A DNA stretch of 64,000 nucleotides from an uncultured bacterium (GTDB taxonomy: Bacteria > Chloroflexota > UBA5177 > JANWHV01): assembly GCA_963729625.1 (NCBI GenBank), contig CAVSOU010000011.1:224001-288000 (forward strand), in the 5' to 3' direction. The notes beneath the pieces are model-generated. The model worked only from the letters and a program-made list of their open reading frames with translations. It made no database searches and was not told the DNA's origin. Positions 19,538-29,579 of this stretch are shown one piece after another. Position 1 is the stretch's first letter. Each line of letters opens with the position of its first letter. The translations under genes and the position numbers were made by a program.

Positions 19538-21679
19538 GTGATATTGAGAGATGTAATGGGGAAGTTTCTCGGACTCTGCTTCTTTGCATGCGGCATTGCC
19601 GCCGTCTACTTTTGGGGTGTGCGGCCCCTGATCAGCCAGTCTTCGACCGCGAGCGTATCGCCGCCGGTGACCATCGTGGCGCGGGCGACGAACACGCCCC
19701 CGTCAGACCTGAGCACGGATCAACTGGCCGCGGGGTCAACTGCTCGCTCGTTCCTGACAGCATGGCAGAACAAGCAATACAGCGCTATGTACGACCAGCT
19801 AACCGCGGCGGCCAAGCTCCGGATTACCAGAGATCGTTTCGTGTCGCGCTACAGCGCGGTCGCCGCCGAAGCGACGATCGTGTCGATCGGCACGACCTTG
19901 AGCACGGTCTCGCTCGACATGCCTTTGGCGACCGCAGCGTATACTGTGCGATTCGCGACGCGGGCCCTTGGCGACATACGCCAGCCGAACCAGATGCACC
20001 TGGTCTTCGCTCGCGGCAAGTGGCAGGTAGACTGGTACCCCGCACTGATCTTCAAACAGCTGGTCGATCCGTACGTGGTGCACCTTGAGGCGCTGCCTTC
20101 GCGTCGCGGGTCTATCTTGGATCGCCACGGCACGCCGCTGGCGGAAGACGGCCAGTTCTACCAGGTCGGCGTTGAGCCGGGCTTGATTCTTGATGAGAAA
20201 GGCCTGCTTGCATACCTCAGCTCCTGGCTGCACATAGACAAGGCCACCATCAAGCATCTCTACACGCTGTCCTGGGCGAAACCTGACTACTTCATGCCAA
20301 TCACGACGATCACGGGTTACCAGTGGGCACACGCGCCCAATGGTCTGAACAGCGCACAGGCCAACGGCTTGCGGTACCAGCTCAGTGCTGGGCGCACGTA
20401 TCCCTACCACTCGCTGGCATCCATCTTGCTCGGCTACGTGGACCCTGCCACGGACCATGGCAAGGCAGGTCTCGAGCTTGCGCTCGACAAGGTACTTGCC
20501 GGCAAGGATGGCGTTGGCCTTTACGTGACGAACAGGGCGTATACCATGTCTGCCGCCACGATCGCGGAGCGACCGCCTGTCAACGGAAAGAACGTGTGGC
20601 TTTCTATCGACATCAAGGAGCAGCAAGCACTGGAAAACGCTGTTGGCACGCGCAAAGGAGCTGCGGTGGCTATCCAACCGGCGACCGGTCAGGTGCTCGC
20701 GCTGGTGAGTTCGCCCGGCTACGACCCGAATCGATTTGAGATTGAAACGGCGGGCAGTGGCATCGGACCTGTGCGTTCGATGTTCCCCCGCGCCACGATC
20801 GGCACCTACCCGACAGGTTCGATTTTCAAGATTGTTACGATGGCGGCAGCACTTGAGCGTGGGGGATACCTGCCGAGCACGCTTATTGATGGCCCCCCGG
20901 TGTGGTACGGTCTCGGGGCCGCGGATCCGCTGCATGACTGGTCGGCAGCAGGCCACGGCACGATATCGCTTCAGGAGGCGCTCACCCAGTCGTGCGACAC
21001 ATGTTTTTACGCAGTAGCCAAGCGACTCGACGGAATCGGCGAGGATATATTGCCAGAGTTCGCGCGGGCCTTTGGCTTTGGCAAGGCAACCGGCATTGAC
21101 GACGTAGCGGAAGCGTCCGGGCTCGTCGGCGACAACGCTTGGAAGTTGACGACGTACAAAGATGCCTGGCGCACCGGCGACACCGTGAATCTGTCGATTG
21201 GCCAGGGATACTTTCTGGCGACACCGCTGCAAGTTGCATCGATGCTTGCGTCGGTAGCCGACAAAGGTGTCATACACCAGCCGCAGCTGGTCGTGCGGAT
21301 TGGCAGCGCCAGGGAGCAGGGCAGCATTGCCGGCCAGTTGCCGGTCAGCCAAGCGCATCTCTCGTCGATTCTCAGGGGCATGCTCGGCGTGACCACTGAA
21401 AGCACCGGTACGGCGACGTTCGTATTCAAGACCTTCAGATGGGCGGTGGCCGGAAAGACGGGCACGGCCCAGAATCCTGGCGCGCAGCCGCACGCCTGGT
21501 TCGCCGCTATCGCGCCGTACAAGACGCCCCAAATCGCACTGGCAATCGTGCTGGAAAACGCGGGTGAAGGTTCCACGGTTGCGGGCCCCGTCGCACGAAC
21601 CGCTTTGCAGGCCTACCTCAGCGAAGTGGTGCCAGTAGTCGTCAACGGAGCGCAGCCGTTGCAAGTGCCCGGGGGCTGA
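19538..21679 (+). CDS. Class B penicillin-binding protein (NTF2-like N-domain, dimerisation domain, transpeptidase)
   Basis: N-terminal TM, RRGSILDR, GSIFK (SxxK), SCD (SxN variant), GKTGTAQ. Confidence 0.92.
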   Translation: MILRDVMGKFLGLCFFACGIAAVYFWGVRPLISQSSTASVSPPVTIVARATNTPPSDLSTDQLAAGSTARSFLTAWQNKQYSAMYDQLTAAAKLRITRDRFVSRYSAVAAEATIVSIGTTLSTVSLDMPLATAAYTVRFATRALGDIRQPNQMHLVFARGKWQVDWYPALIFKQLVDPYVVHLEALPSRRGSILDRHGTPLAEDGQFYQVGVEPGLILDEKGLLAYLSSWLHIDKATIKHLYTLSWAKPDYFMPITTITGYQWAHAPNGLNSAQANGLRYQLSAGRTYPYHSLASILLGYVDPATDHGKAGLELALDKVLAGKDGVGLYVTNRAYTMSAATIAERPPVNGKNVWLSIDIKEQQALENAVGTRKGAAVAIQPATGQVLALVSSPGYDPNRFEIETAGSGIGPVRSMFPRATIGTYPTGSIFKIVTMAAALERGGYLPSTLIDGPPVWYGLGAADPLHDWSAAGHGTISLQEALTQSCDTCFYAVAKRLDGIGEDILPEFARAFGFGKATGIDDVAEASGLVGDNAWKLTTYKDAWRTGDTVNLSIGQGYFLATPLQVASMLASVADKGVIHQPQLVVRIGSAREQGSIAGQLPVSQAHLSSILRGMLGVTTESTGTATFVFKTFRWAVAGKTGTAQNPGAQPHAWFAAIAPYKTPQIALAIVLENAGEGSTVAGPVARTALQAYLSEVVPVVVNGAQPLQVPGG

Positions 21680-21818
21680 GCGAGTCCGCGACGCCACGGC
21701 TGGCTTATACGGTGTCACGTGGATTGGTTGGCAGGATAGGCCCGACCTTTCAAGGCTTATCTTTCTGCACATCTTGGCATACAAAGAAGTTCAGGCGCAG
21801 GTTGCAGCTTCTTATGCA

Positions 21819-22604
21819 CTAAGACGTATCTTCAGGAGAGCCGAGCACCCTGGAGGTGGTCCGATACCTGCCGCGAACCTCATTGAGTCTGATGCGAATC
21901 AGGTCCAGTGTCATGGTCAGAGTGTCGGATACTGCCCGAACGCGGGAATCGTCGTTGAAATACCAGTCGATTCCAACGACCTTCGCGGCATAGCCGCGCT
22001 TTCGTGCCAGAAACAGGATCTCGGCATCGAAGCTGAATCCATCCATTCGCTGGCGAGAAAAGAGATCTCGCGCGGCGCCGCGCTGGAAGCCCTTGAAGCC
22101 GCACTGCGTGTCGTCAAGCCCCCCGATCACGAGGGTCCTCACAAACAGGTTGAAGATGCGGCCCATGAGGTGGCGGCGAGCGGGCTCGCCATAGCGTTTA
22201 GCGCCGGGTCCCTCGCGGGATCCGATGGCCAGATCGTATCCTTCGTCGAGCACGGCGATGAACCGATCCATATCCTCGATCGGCATTGATAAGTCGGCGT
22301 CACAGAGCATCACGAACTGCAGGCTCGCAGCCAACATGCCCGCGCGAACCGCGGCGCCCTTGCCGCGATGCGGTAGCTGCAGCGGGCGGAGATACGGCGC
22401 CTCTTTCGCGCGCGCTTCTAGCAGGGGCCACGTGCCATCGACACTGCCGTCGTCGCAGACGACGATTTCAAGTGGACGGGGGAACTGGGCGCGGAAACGT
22501 GCAATCTCATCGAGCGTATGTGGCAGCCGGCGTTCCTCGTTGAAGGCCGGAATCACAATGCTCAGTCCGGGCGCGGCAGACGGGGCCGATTGCACTTCAT
22601 CCAT
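21819..22604 (-). CDS. GT2 polyprenol/dolichyl-phosphate glycosyltransferase
   Basis: IVIPAFNEE, DDGSVDGT, GKGAAVRAG, DADLS, DTQCGFK. Confidence 0.9.
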   Translation of the reverse strand: MDEVQSAPSAAPGLSIVIPAFNEERRLPHTLDEIARFRAQFPRPLEIVVCDDGSVDGTWPLLEARAKEAPYLRPLQLPHRGKGAAVRAGMLAASLQFVMLCDADLSMPIEDMDRFIAVLDEGYDLAIGSREGPGAKRYGEPARRHLMGRIFNLFVRTLVIGGLDDTQCGFKGFQRGAARDLFSRQRMDGFSFDAEILFLARKRGYAAKVVGIDWYFNDDSRVRAVSDTLTMTLDLIRIRLNEVRGRYRTTSRVLGSPEDTS

Positions 22605-22916
22605 GGTGTCCCTGGGCTACCTCCGTTCCTGGTGGCGCCGGCAAGGGTTCATACGGACAACCCTATTCTTCCGGCCACCCGCGCGCCCAGCAGGCAGTGA
22701 ATCGCACTCGTGCTCTCGCGTCGACACGCACAAATGCCCTTCAATCCTACCTGCCTTCGAGGAACGTCACGCGGAAGGCCCTGAACGCCGCAGGATGAAT
22801 GCACCGAGCTTCGACGATCCGGCATTCGGGTATATCGCGCCCGTCGCCGCGGGACCCCGTCGCCCTCTGCAGACGGTGCCCCGGGAACTTCCCCGGGTCG
22901 GACACCGGGGCTCATC

Positions 22917-23612
22917 TCACGTAGGCTTGTCCGTAAGCAGCACCCCGGTTACCGGCGCCTTCACGCGGTCGAGCAACTCTCGCGCCCTCGCCGCGTCGAG
23001 GCGGTGCGTCTTCCCCGGTGCGACGGCAATGATCACTCCGTCAACCAACTTTGCCAGGTCCAATCCATCGATCTGCTCAAGTATTGGGGCGCCAATGATT
23101 ATCACTCTATCGACACTCTTCTTGAGCTGGAGAAGCACCTCGTGTAGATGCTTGGCTCGCCCAATACCCCCAGCGATGGGAGCGGCAGTCCCGGCGCCGA
23201 TGAGATGCAGGCCCGGCACGTCCGGCACGGCGTTCAGGGCAGCCACGAAATCAGGGGATTCGTCCTGAACGAGATTCTTGAATCCGAGCGGCGCGGTAAG
23301 CGAAAACAGTGACTCCAGGCTGGGCGTGTGTGGATCACCGTCTATCAGCACGACGCTTTCGCCGTCTTTCGCAGCTAAAATGGCGAGATTTGCTGCAACC
23401 GCGCACGCGGAGGCCGACGCGTCGATGGCGCACACGAGAATGCTCGTCCCTTCGGCCGTCATGAGCTCGTACTTCACATTCAGGAACGCCTGATCGTACG
23501 CCTTCCTGAGTGAGTCCGGACACGCCGATTCGCTTACGAGGGCGCCGGTACCGTGCGACTGTGCAATCGCGGTGCCAAGCCGCCCGCTTTGCTCCTGAGA
23601 ACCGACCATCAA
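22917..23612 (-). CDS. CpsD/CapB-like BY-kinase homologue with degenerate active site
   Basis: AANLA, VVLIDGDPHTPSL and C-terminal VTGVLL are kept. Walker A, Walker B and the Tyr cluster are lost. Follows the cpsC-like gene. Confidence 0.8.
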   Translation of the reverse strand: MMVGSQEQSGRLGTAIAQSHGTGALVSESACPDSLRKAYDQAFLNVKYELMTAEGTSILVCAIDASASACAVAANLAILAAKDGESVVLIDGDPHTPSLESLFSLTAPLGFKNLVQDESPDFVAALNAVPDVPGLHLIGAGTAAPIAGGIGRAKHLHEVLLQLKKSVDRVIIIGAPILEQIDGLDLAKLVDGVIIAVAPGKTHRLDAARARELLDRVKAPVTGVLLTDKPT

Positions 23613-23682
23613 TATGTCATCCTGTCACTTTGCCTGGACGCACCCCGGCCGCTCTCTCGCGCCGTGGAACGCCTGGCACGTC

Positions 23683-24411
23683 TCACTTTCCACCTACTAG
23701 AACGCCGAGCGTGGGCGTATGCATCCAATGCCGTACGTCCTGCTCGTCGTGGATGCTCTCATCCATGTATTCCCACAGGAAGGCAAGCGCGATGCCCAGC
23801 ACCACGCCGGCCAGAGCTTTCTCCAGCCAGCTGATGGCGGTGGAGGACAGCGACTGGGTCGTGGTGGTCGGCGGATCAATTGTACGCGTGGTAATCGGGA
23901 ACTCCTTCACGCCGCCGTTCGGAGCGGTGGCCAGTGCGGTCCTGTTGTAGTCAGGAAGGAAATCGCGATTCAACACCGCCACGGCGGCGTTGACGAGGTT
24001 AAGTGCCTTAGTCTGATCGGACGACTTGTACTCCAGTTCCAGGTCCCTCGCGGCAGTGTTGTTTGCGCCAAGCACGGAGCGAATCGTCTTCCAGTCGATC
24101 TTGAGGTTATAGTGCTGGAGAATGTACGCCTGGACCGACTTGGGATATTGCAGGTGCGTGGTATAGGTCTTCGCCGCGCCCGCGGCAGATCCCGCGTTGC
24201 CCAGGGCTGCTCCAACCGGATCGATATAGACATTTGCCGTCTGATAAATTGGCGCTTCCTGAGAAAACTCGATAACCATCTGCGCCTTGTAATAACTGCC
24301 GAAAAACGTGTAAGCAGTGTATGCGCCTGCCACTACGGCCACGACCACGATCGTCGTTATGATGATCTGCCACTGCCGTTCCAGCACGCGCCAATACCAT
24401 CGAAGTTCCAA
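23683..24411 (-). CDS. Wzz/CpsC (YveK-like) polysaccharide co-polymerase
   Basis: MELRWYWRVL..TM..; second TM then EYMDESIHDEQDV...PTLGV. Confidence 0.85.
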   Translation of the reverse strand: MELRWYWRVLERQWQIIITTIVVVAVVAGAYTAYTFFGSYYKAQMVIEFSQEAPIYQTANVYIDPVGAALGNAGSAAGAAKTYTTHLQYPKSVQAYILQHYNLKIDWKTIRSVLGANNTAARDLELEYKSSDQTKALNLVNAAVAVLNRDFLPDYNRTALATAPNGGVKEFPITTRTIDPPTTTTQSLSSTAISWLEKALAGVVLGIALAFLWEYMDESIHDEQDVRHWMHTPTLGVLVGGK

Positions 24412-24665
24412 GAGCTGGTACCTCCTCTTCTTTCCAGTCGATGGTAATGGATCGAACCCCGATCAGGCTAGGGGTGAGTCAGTCGCCACTGGGGCAAAGC
24501 GCGCTACTGAGATTTCGGGCCTACATATCTGATCATTTTCGGCCTCCAGCTGCGGCCGGTTGAAATCTGCGGGACCAACACCGCGAATGGCAATAGTCCG
24601 GCTCCTACCAGGCCGCAGCCGTCGGGCCCCTACCGTCCTGCCGCAGCTGAAGGTTGGTTTCCACC

Positions 24666-26240
24666 TTAGTACGCGCCATTGCGCGTCATCACCGCAAGAA
24701 TCGTTCGGAGCAAGATCTTCACGTCAAGCGCGAGGGACCAGTTGTCGATGTAATACGTGTCCATGATGATGATCTCTTCAAAGCTCTCAATGTTGCTTCG
24801 GCCGCTGACCTGCCAGTAGCCAGTGATGCCGCCTATCACTTCGAGCCGCTTAAAATGGTGAGGTGCGTAGTTGGCAACCTCGCTTGGCAGCGGCGGGCGC
24901 GGCCCAACCAGGCTCATGTCACCACGAAGCACGTTGATGAGCTGGGGTAGCTCGTCGATCGATAGCCGGCGAATGAAGCGTCCCACGCGGGTGCGCCGCG
25001 GATCGTTCCTGTCTTTGAAGATACGCGGGTCGACGATGCCACTCTCGGCGATGAGCTTGTCGAGCATCTCATTGGCGTTGACGTGCATCGACCTGAACTT
25101 GAAGAAGGTGAACGGCTTGCCGTCTTTGCCGACTCGCTGCTCCGTGTACAGCACGGGGCCTCTCGAGTCCAGCTTGATCGCCAAAGCCACTAGCAGAAGA
25201 AACGGCGACGCGATCAGTAGCGCCAGCCCGGAGACCACGGTGTCGAGGGCACGCTTGATGCCGCGCGCGACGCGGCTGTGACGCCTGCGCTCGACGTCGA
25301 TCAGTGGAATGCCGGCAATGTGGTCCATGCGCACGCGTGAGAGGCTGAGTTCGAAGAGATCCGGCACCAGTTTGACCGCCACTTCGGCCTGCTCGCAGTG
25401 GGCGCAGATAGCGGCGATGTCGTCGTGATCCGTGGCTGGAAGTGCCACGATCACTTCGTCTATCGCCAGGTCGCCCACCACGTCCCTGATTTGGGATACA
25501 TTTCCCAGGCACGGGAACCGGCCGAAATTGGCGCTCGCAGAGGAAGCATCGGCTGCAGCCGTATCGTCTGGCGACCCTGCAGATTCCTGCAGAAACCCGA
25601 TCAAGTGATAGCCATGATTGCGCTTGGTCAGCAGATTCTGCATCACCATCTTGCCGACCGGCGTCGTACCGGCGACCACCACTCGCCTGGTGTTCCAACC
25701 GTTGCCGTGCAGGCGCGTGAGAAGCATATAGAGCAAGATCCGGCCCGCGATCAGCAGCGCCACAAGCAGCACCCATGAGTAGACAATGACCAGGCGCGAC
25801 TCAACTTTGACCGGCAAGTACGCAGTGACGATCGAAATCACGCCGATACCGACAAGACTCGTGCGGCTAAGGTCGAGAAGCTCGTCTGGAAGATCGCGCC
25901 CGAGTCGCGTTCGGTAGGCCCCGGAGACGATCAGGCTCATGCACTCGATCACGCTGAACACGATGCCGAACGGAATCCAGTCTCGAAATGGAACCCAAAC
26001 CAGGCCGCGCTCTACCGGCACCCACTGCACGACGTAGCGCAGCATGTACGCGCAACAGAATGCCAGCCAGATAAGGGTCACGTCCAAAGTAGCGGCGAAA
26101 GCAGCCAACTCCAGTCGCGCCCGCCGTTGGGACGCCGGCAGTGACCGTGTGATGCTCCCGCGGCTCACGCCGGTCTGCACGGCTCCGATCTGGTCCCTAC
26201 CGGTAACTACGGGCTCCACGAGGGTGGGTGCCTGCGCCAT
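24666..26240 (-). CDS. Priming undecaprenyl-phosphate sugar phosphotransferase (WcaJ/CpsE-like)
   Basis: KRALD, FKFRSM, DPRRTRVGRFIRRLSIDELPQLINVLRGDMSLVGPRP, YIDNWS. Confidence 0.93.
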   Translation of the reverse strand: MAQAPTLVEPVVTGRDQIGAVQTGVSRGSITRSLPASQRRARLELAAFAATLDVTLIWLAFCCAYMLRYVVQWVPVERGLVWVPFRDWIPFGIVFSVIECMSLIVSGAYRTRLGRDLPDELLDLSRTSLVGIGVISIVTAYLPVKVESRLVIVYSWVLLVALLIAGRILLYMLLTRLHGNGWNTRRVVVAGTTPVGKMVMQNLLTKRNHGYHLIGFLQESAGSPDDTAAADASSASANFGRFPCLGNVSQIRDVVGDLAIDEVIVALPATDHDDIAAICAHCEQAEVAVKLVPDLFELSLSRVRMDHIAGIPLIDVERRRHSRVARGIKRALDTVVSGLALLIASPFLLLVALAIKLDSRGPVLYTEQRVGKDGKPFTFFKFRSMHVNANEMLDKLIAESGIVDPRIFKDRNDPRRTRVGRFIRRLSIDELPQLINVLRGDMSLVGPRPPLPSEVANYAPHHFKRLEVIGGITGYWQVSGRSNIESFEEIIIMDTYYIDNWSLALDVKILLRTILAVMTRNGAY

Positions 26241-26241
26241 A

Positions 26242-27387
26242 TCAAGCGCCCTCCAATGCTTCGGCGTAAACCTGGACCACCTGCTCCGCCGTGCGACGCC
26301 ACTCGAACCGGCGAGACTGATCGCGCCCGCGCCGGATCAGGTCTTCTCGCAGCACACTGTCGCCGGCGATCCGGCACAGCCCTTCGGAAATACACGATCC
26401 GTCTTCGGCGTCCACGAGGATCGCCGCCTCGCCTGCGACTTCGACCAGGCTGCTGTTGCGTGCAGTCAACACGGGGCAGCCGCAGGCCATGGCTTCCGCC
26501 ACCGGAAGCCCGAATCCTTCGTACAGCGATGGGTAGACAAAGGCGCCGGCGGCTCTGTACCAGAGCGGCTGGTCCTCGTCCGGAACGTACCCGGGAAACT
26601 GGACATGTCCCTCTATACCAAGAGCCTTTACGCGATCGAAGATTTCGTCATACATCCAGCCTTTTGCGCCGGCGATCACGAGCGGCCATTCCACGCCTGC
26701 GCGCCGCGCCGCGTGATAGGCATTCAGTAGCCGAACAAGGTTCTTGCGAGGCTCGAGCGTGCCCATGAACAGGAAGAACTGATCGGGAAGGTGGTGCTCG
26801 TCGCGAAACCGCGCCAGGCGGTCGGGCTCGATCGATTCCCTGAAACGATCGTCCACACCGAGATAGACAACGCGAACGCGATCCTCGGACACGCCCAGCA
26901 GCTTGACCACGTCGCTTTTTGTGTTTTGCGAGCTGGTCATCACGCGTCGCGCGCCACGCGCGCTCAGGCGCGTAAATGTGGTGAGATAGCGCCGGCGCCC
27001 CGGAAGGAAGCGCTCCGGGAACAGGAGAAAGCTCACATCGTGGATGGTGAGGACGCCGGGAATCCGCCGCGCCAGCGGCAATACATTCAGAGTGCCGTGA
27101 ATGAGGTCGATCCGGCGCTTCGCCAGCAATGCCGGCAACGCGGTCTGTTCCCACAGTATCCGCTGCGCGGGCTTTTCCGTGTTCAGCATGCTGTGGACGA
27201 CCTGAAAGCGGCGATCGCCGTGAAGTGGCAACGCAGCGCTGTCCGCATTGGTGAAGATAGTGTAGCGATCCGACGTGGGGAGCGAGGGGAGTATACGCAG
27301 CAGGTGGTAAATGAAGGCTGCCGTCCCGGCGTTTCGATATGTTCGCGCGAAGGTGAGCAATTGCGCGTTGATTCCGATTCGCGCCAT
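26242..27387 (-). CDS. GT4-family glycosyltransferase
   Basis: GTLEPRKN, YPSLYEGFGLPVAEAMACG. Confidence 0.93.
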   Translation of the reverse strand: MARIGINAQLLTFARTYRNAGTAAFIYHLLRILPSLPTSDRYTIFTNADSAALPLHGDRRFQVVHSMLNTEKPAQRILWEQTALPALLAKRRIDLIHGTLNVLPLARRIPGVLTIHDVSFLLFPERFLPGRRRYLTTFTRLSARGARRVMTSSQNTKSDVVKLLGVSEDRVRVVYLGVDDRFRESIEPDRLARFRDEHHLPDQFFLFMGTLEPRKNLVRLLNAYHAARRAGVEWPLVIAGAKGWMYDEIFDRVKALGIEGHVQFPGYVPDEDQPLWYRAAGAFVYPSLYEGFGLPVAEAMACGCPVLTARNSSLVEVAGEAAILVDAEDGSCISEGLCRIAGDSVLREDLIRRGRDQSRRFEWRRTAEQVVQVYAEALEGA

Positions 27388-28278
27388 ACCACTCCTGTGT
27401 GACCGCGAAGCTCAAGCTGTCCGACGGCGGCCAACGCTGCCGCAACCACCAATGAAGCACGTGTCCGTGGCTTGGCCTGGTTAATGATGTGAGTATACCG
27501 CGAGCACTCGGTACCACACGTCTGTTGCGACTTTGCCACTACGGATTTCCGTTGACCACTTCGACGGACAATACTTGTTCTTGCACGCGGCCAGATTCTA
27601 CGTTGCAGCACGTGGCGCGCCCTGTCTTGAGACTCATGCGCATACCGATGAACCGGAAACGACGTTGGACAGGCGCAATATTGGCGCGGGTTGCTCGTCG
27701 AAGACTCAGGCGCCCTGGGCGCATACCTCCTACTGAGGCACCTGTGAGCGGCGAGCCGCTACGTCGGTCCCAGCTGTCGGGCCCAACACACTCAATGCCG
27801 CGGTGTGCTATTCAGGCAGCGCGCCACCAAGACCCCAATAGCTCAGCCACTTCATGATCGGTGGTAATCGCTAATGCGGTCGTGGTCCACGTGAACGACG
27901 CTGGGCCAGGCACACCTGAGAAGCGGCGTGATAGTCACTTGACCCACTTCGGGCGCATTCCCGGGAGCCGCGCACGTTCACGACACGTAGGAACCGGTCT
28001 GGGGCTCAACCTGGGGCGCCAGCCGGCCCAAGCCATGCACGACGAGCTCGATCGTGAAGGCAGTGACTCTGGCGGCAGCACGGTTCGCTGGCGCCTGCGT
28101 GCCGCGGCACATTGCTCCGCGGTAGTGTGAAGGTGCTCATATTCGGCGGCTGGGTGCGTCCAAGGATGCCGAGCGGACCCGTAGCCATGTCTCGCCGGGA
28201 GTGGCAGACTGGCAATAGTGCTCGATTGGCGGGCTGACCGGTGCCGCGGCACCGCAGTACGGGAACAGGAGACGGAGT

Positions 28279-28809
28279 ATGGCGACTGTCGATCTTCGGT
28301 CCATTCAGGCTCCGCTTAAGGAACGCTACCGCGGAGATCCCGCTTCCGCGGCCGTGGTCACCATGGCGCGGAGCATCCCTTACGATCCGAGCGATCCGCA
28401 ACACTGTGTTGCCGCGCCGGTCGCGTTTCCCGAGGTCGAGATCCGCTCCGGGCTGCATGCTGCGGCGGGAGGCGCCGGGGACGTGCCCTGCTCCGGAGAT
28501 ATCCTGGCAGCCGCCCTCGTGATCTGCGAGGAGAGCACGATTCGCTCGGTGGCGACAAACATGGGGGTAGAGCTCGAGTCGGTGCGGGTGGAAGCGGAGA
28601 TCCACTGGGACTTCCGGGGCACTATGGGCGTCGACCGATCGGTCCCGGTCGGAGCTACCAGGATCGAGCTGCGCAGCCAGGTCAAGGTCAAGGAAGGAGT
28701 GGACGAGGAACGGGCACGACGACTGTTGCAGAGTGCCGAGCGCTACTGCGCGACGCTCCAAACCCTGCGCAGCGGCGTGACGGTGGAGACCAAGTTCCAC
28801 CTTGAGTAG
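28279..28809 (+). CDS. OsmC-family protein
   Basis: GLHAAAGG...CSGDILAAALVIC; AERYCATLQTL (two conserved Cys). Confidence 0.85.
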   Translation: MATVDLRSIQAPLKERYRGDPASAAVVTMARSIPYDPSDPQHCVAAPVAFPEVEIRSGLHAAAGGAGDVPCSGDILAAALVICEESTIRSVATNMGVELESVRVEAEIHWDFRGTMGVDRSVPVGATRIELRSQVKVKEGVDEERARRLLQSAERYCATLQTLRSGVTVETKFHLE

Positions 28810-28914
28810 TCCACCCAGGGGCCGCACCCGCTGCACAGCTTGCGTTCGGCACGCCCGAGCAGTCGCGCGGGAAGCGTAACGAAGGGCCGGCTCTGCTCCC
28901 TTCACTGCCTGCCA

Positions 28915-28952
28915 GGGCCAGACCAGGCTGGAACCCCGGACTGGTCTGGCCC
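28915..28952. terminator. 12-bp hairpin between convergent genes
   Basis: GGGCCAGACCAG/CTGGTCTGGCCC. Confidence 0.5.
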
Positions 28953-29087
28953 AACGTCGCCGTTGTCGTAGGGTCTGCGCTGGCTAGCACTCAAGCTGGC
29001 CTGCGCCACCGTGCCCGCGCTATCGACTGTAGCATGGACTTTACCGGTTGCCTTGGCGGGCAGCGTCAAGGCCCGTGAAAGCACGGC

Positions 29088-29579
29088 CTATCCGGCAGAT
29101 GCGTTCGCGGTCAATCGATCGCGGAAGGCAGCTATCTGGGAGCTGTGCTCGCGCTTGTGCCCGTAGTACATGTAGACGATCACATCGTCCAGTGCGTATT
29201 CGGTTCCATACCAGGGCAACGTTCCCGGCTGCCGGCGCCGCTCCTCCGGGATGCGAACGATAAGCTCCATGGTTCGCGCGTGCGCAACCGCGAACTCGTC
29301 CAGGATCTCGCGCACAGACGCGGGCCGACGCGCCTCGACCTCGGCGTCGTTGAAGGCGTCACCGGCACGCATGCGGTCCAGGCAGGGGGTTGAGCCCGTG
29401 TCGAGGAGCGAGCCCAGGATATCCTCCAGAATACGCTCATAGGAAGTCAGGTGAGCGACGATGTCTTTCATCGACCAGGTTCCGCAGGCTCCTGAAAGCT
29501 CCCAGTCAGGCTCCGCGATGCCCTCGATCGTCTGTAGCACCGTCTGCTGCCCGTATTTCAAGATGTCTACCGCGTTCAT
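29088..29579 (-). CDS. DinB/MDMPI-superfamily metal-binding protein
   Basis: WSMKDIVAHL...YGHKREHSSQI (His triad). Confidence 0.85.
   Translation of the reverse strand: MNAVDILKYGQQTVLQTIEGIAEPDWELSGACGTWSMKDIVAHLTSYERILEDILGSLLDTGSTPCLDRMRAGDAFNDAEVEARRPASVREILDEFAVAHARTMELIVRIPEERRRQPGTLPWYGTEYALDDVIVYMYYGHKREHSSQIAAFRDRLTANASAG

Noticed and set aside
19799-21784. 661-aa minus-strand ORF (likewise 14235-15470, 31407-32843, 9282-10391, 54777-55892)
   Set aside because: Antisense to well-supported genes, as is typical of high-GC codon bias.
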